NCBI GenBank assembly: GCA_965247455.1
Contig: CBDFHE010000017.1
Coordinates: forward strand, 3,048 to 67,047
DNA from: Candidatus Acidiferrales bacterium
Lineage (GTDB): Bacteria; Acidobacteriota; Terriglobia; Acidiferrales; 2-02-FULL-67-57
Direction: 5' to 3'
Length of the DNA stretch: 64,000 nucleotides
In this document: positions 63,921-64,000 of the stretch, in pieces
Numbering within the stretch: position 1 is the first letter of the stretch
How the letters are laid out: the number at the start of each line of letters is the position of its first letter
The notes under the pieces: model-generated
Databases searched by the model: none
Told to the model about the DNA's origin: nothing
The model's input: the letters and a program-made list of their open reading frames with translations, nothing else
Program-made: the position numbers and the translations under genes

Positions 63921-64000
63921 CAGCAGTAGCTTATCACTGCGCGCGCGCGCGGTTTTTCTCTGCGTCCTCTGCCGGTGAAACAGTTCGCCACAGAGACACA

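Overview
High-GC bacterial chromosome segment, probably Acidobacteriota (inferred from an ADOP-type permease remnant, the tonB-exbB-exbD-exbD-TPR cluster, futalosine-pathway genes and an atp operon without a/c subunits). The first ~15 kb is an accessory patchwork: non-autonomous IS derivatives, an IS1202-family element, an adenylate cyclase-SPOR fusion, a DsrE-family trio, an orphan integron cassette and a truncated two-component locus. The rest is mostly housekeeping (mqnE/ubiA/ubiX, larB, purB, tgt-yajC-secDF-tonB/exbBD, rpoD, rplU-rpmA, serS, atpFFHAGDC, glpX), with IS1380, a dead IS481 and several MITEs. Two signals stand out. (1) A head-to-head pair of probable selenoprotein genes that the ORF track truncates at in-frame UGA codons. 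One is a secreted protein with a U-G-C motif, the other an AhpD/CMD protein with CxxU, and each UGA is followed by a SECIS-like hairpin with a GG-starting loop. (2) A family of 19-nt hairpin micro-elements (CCTGCCTGCGGYAGGCAGG and relatives) inserted precisely, without target duplication, into other repeats and three times into one transposase gene. Several point lesions (two in-frame TAG codons, a poly-C frameshift, an AtpA Pro>Ser, a GTC start) may be consensus errors. No rRNA, tRNA or CRISPR array was seen.
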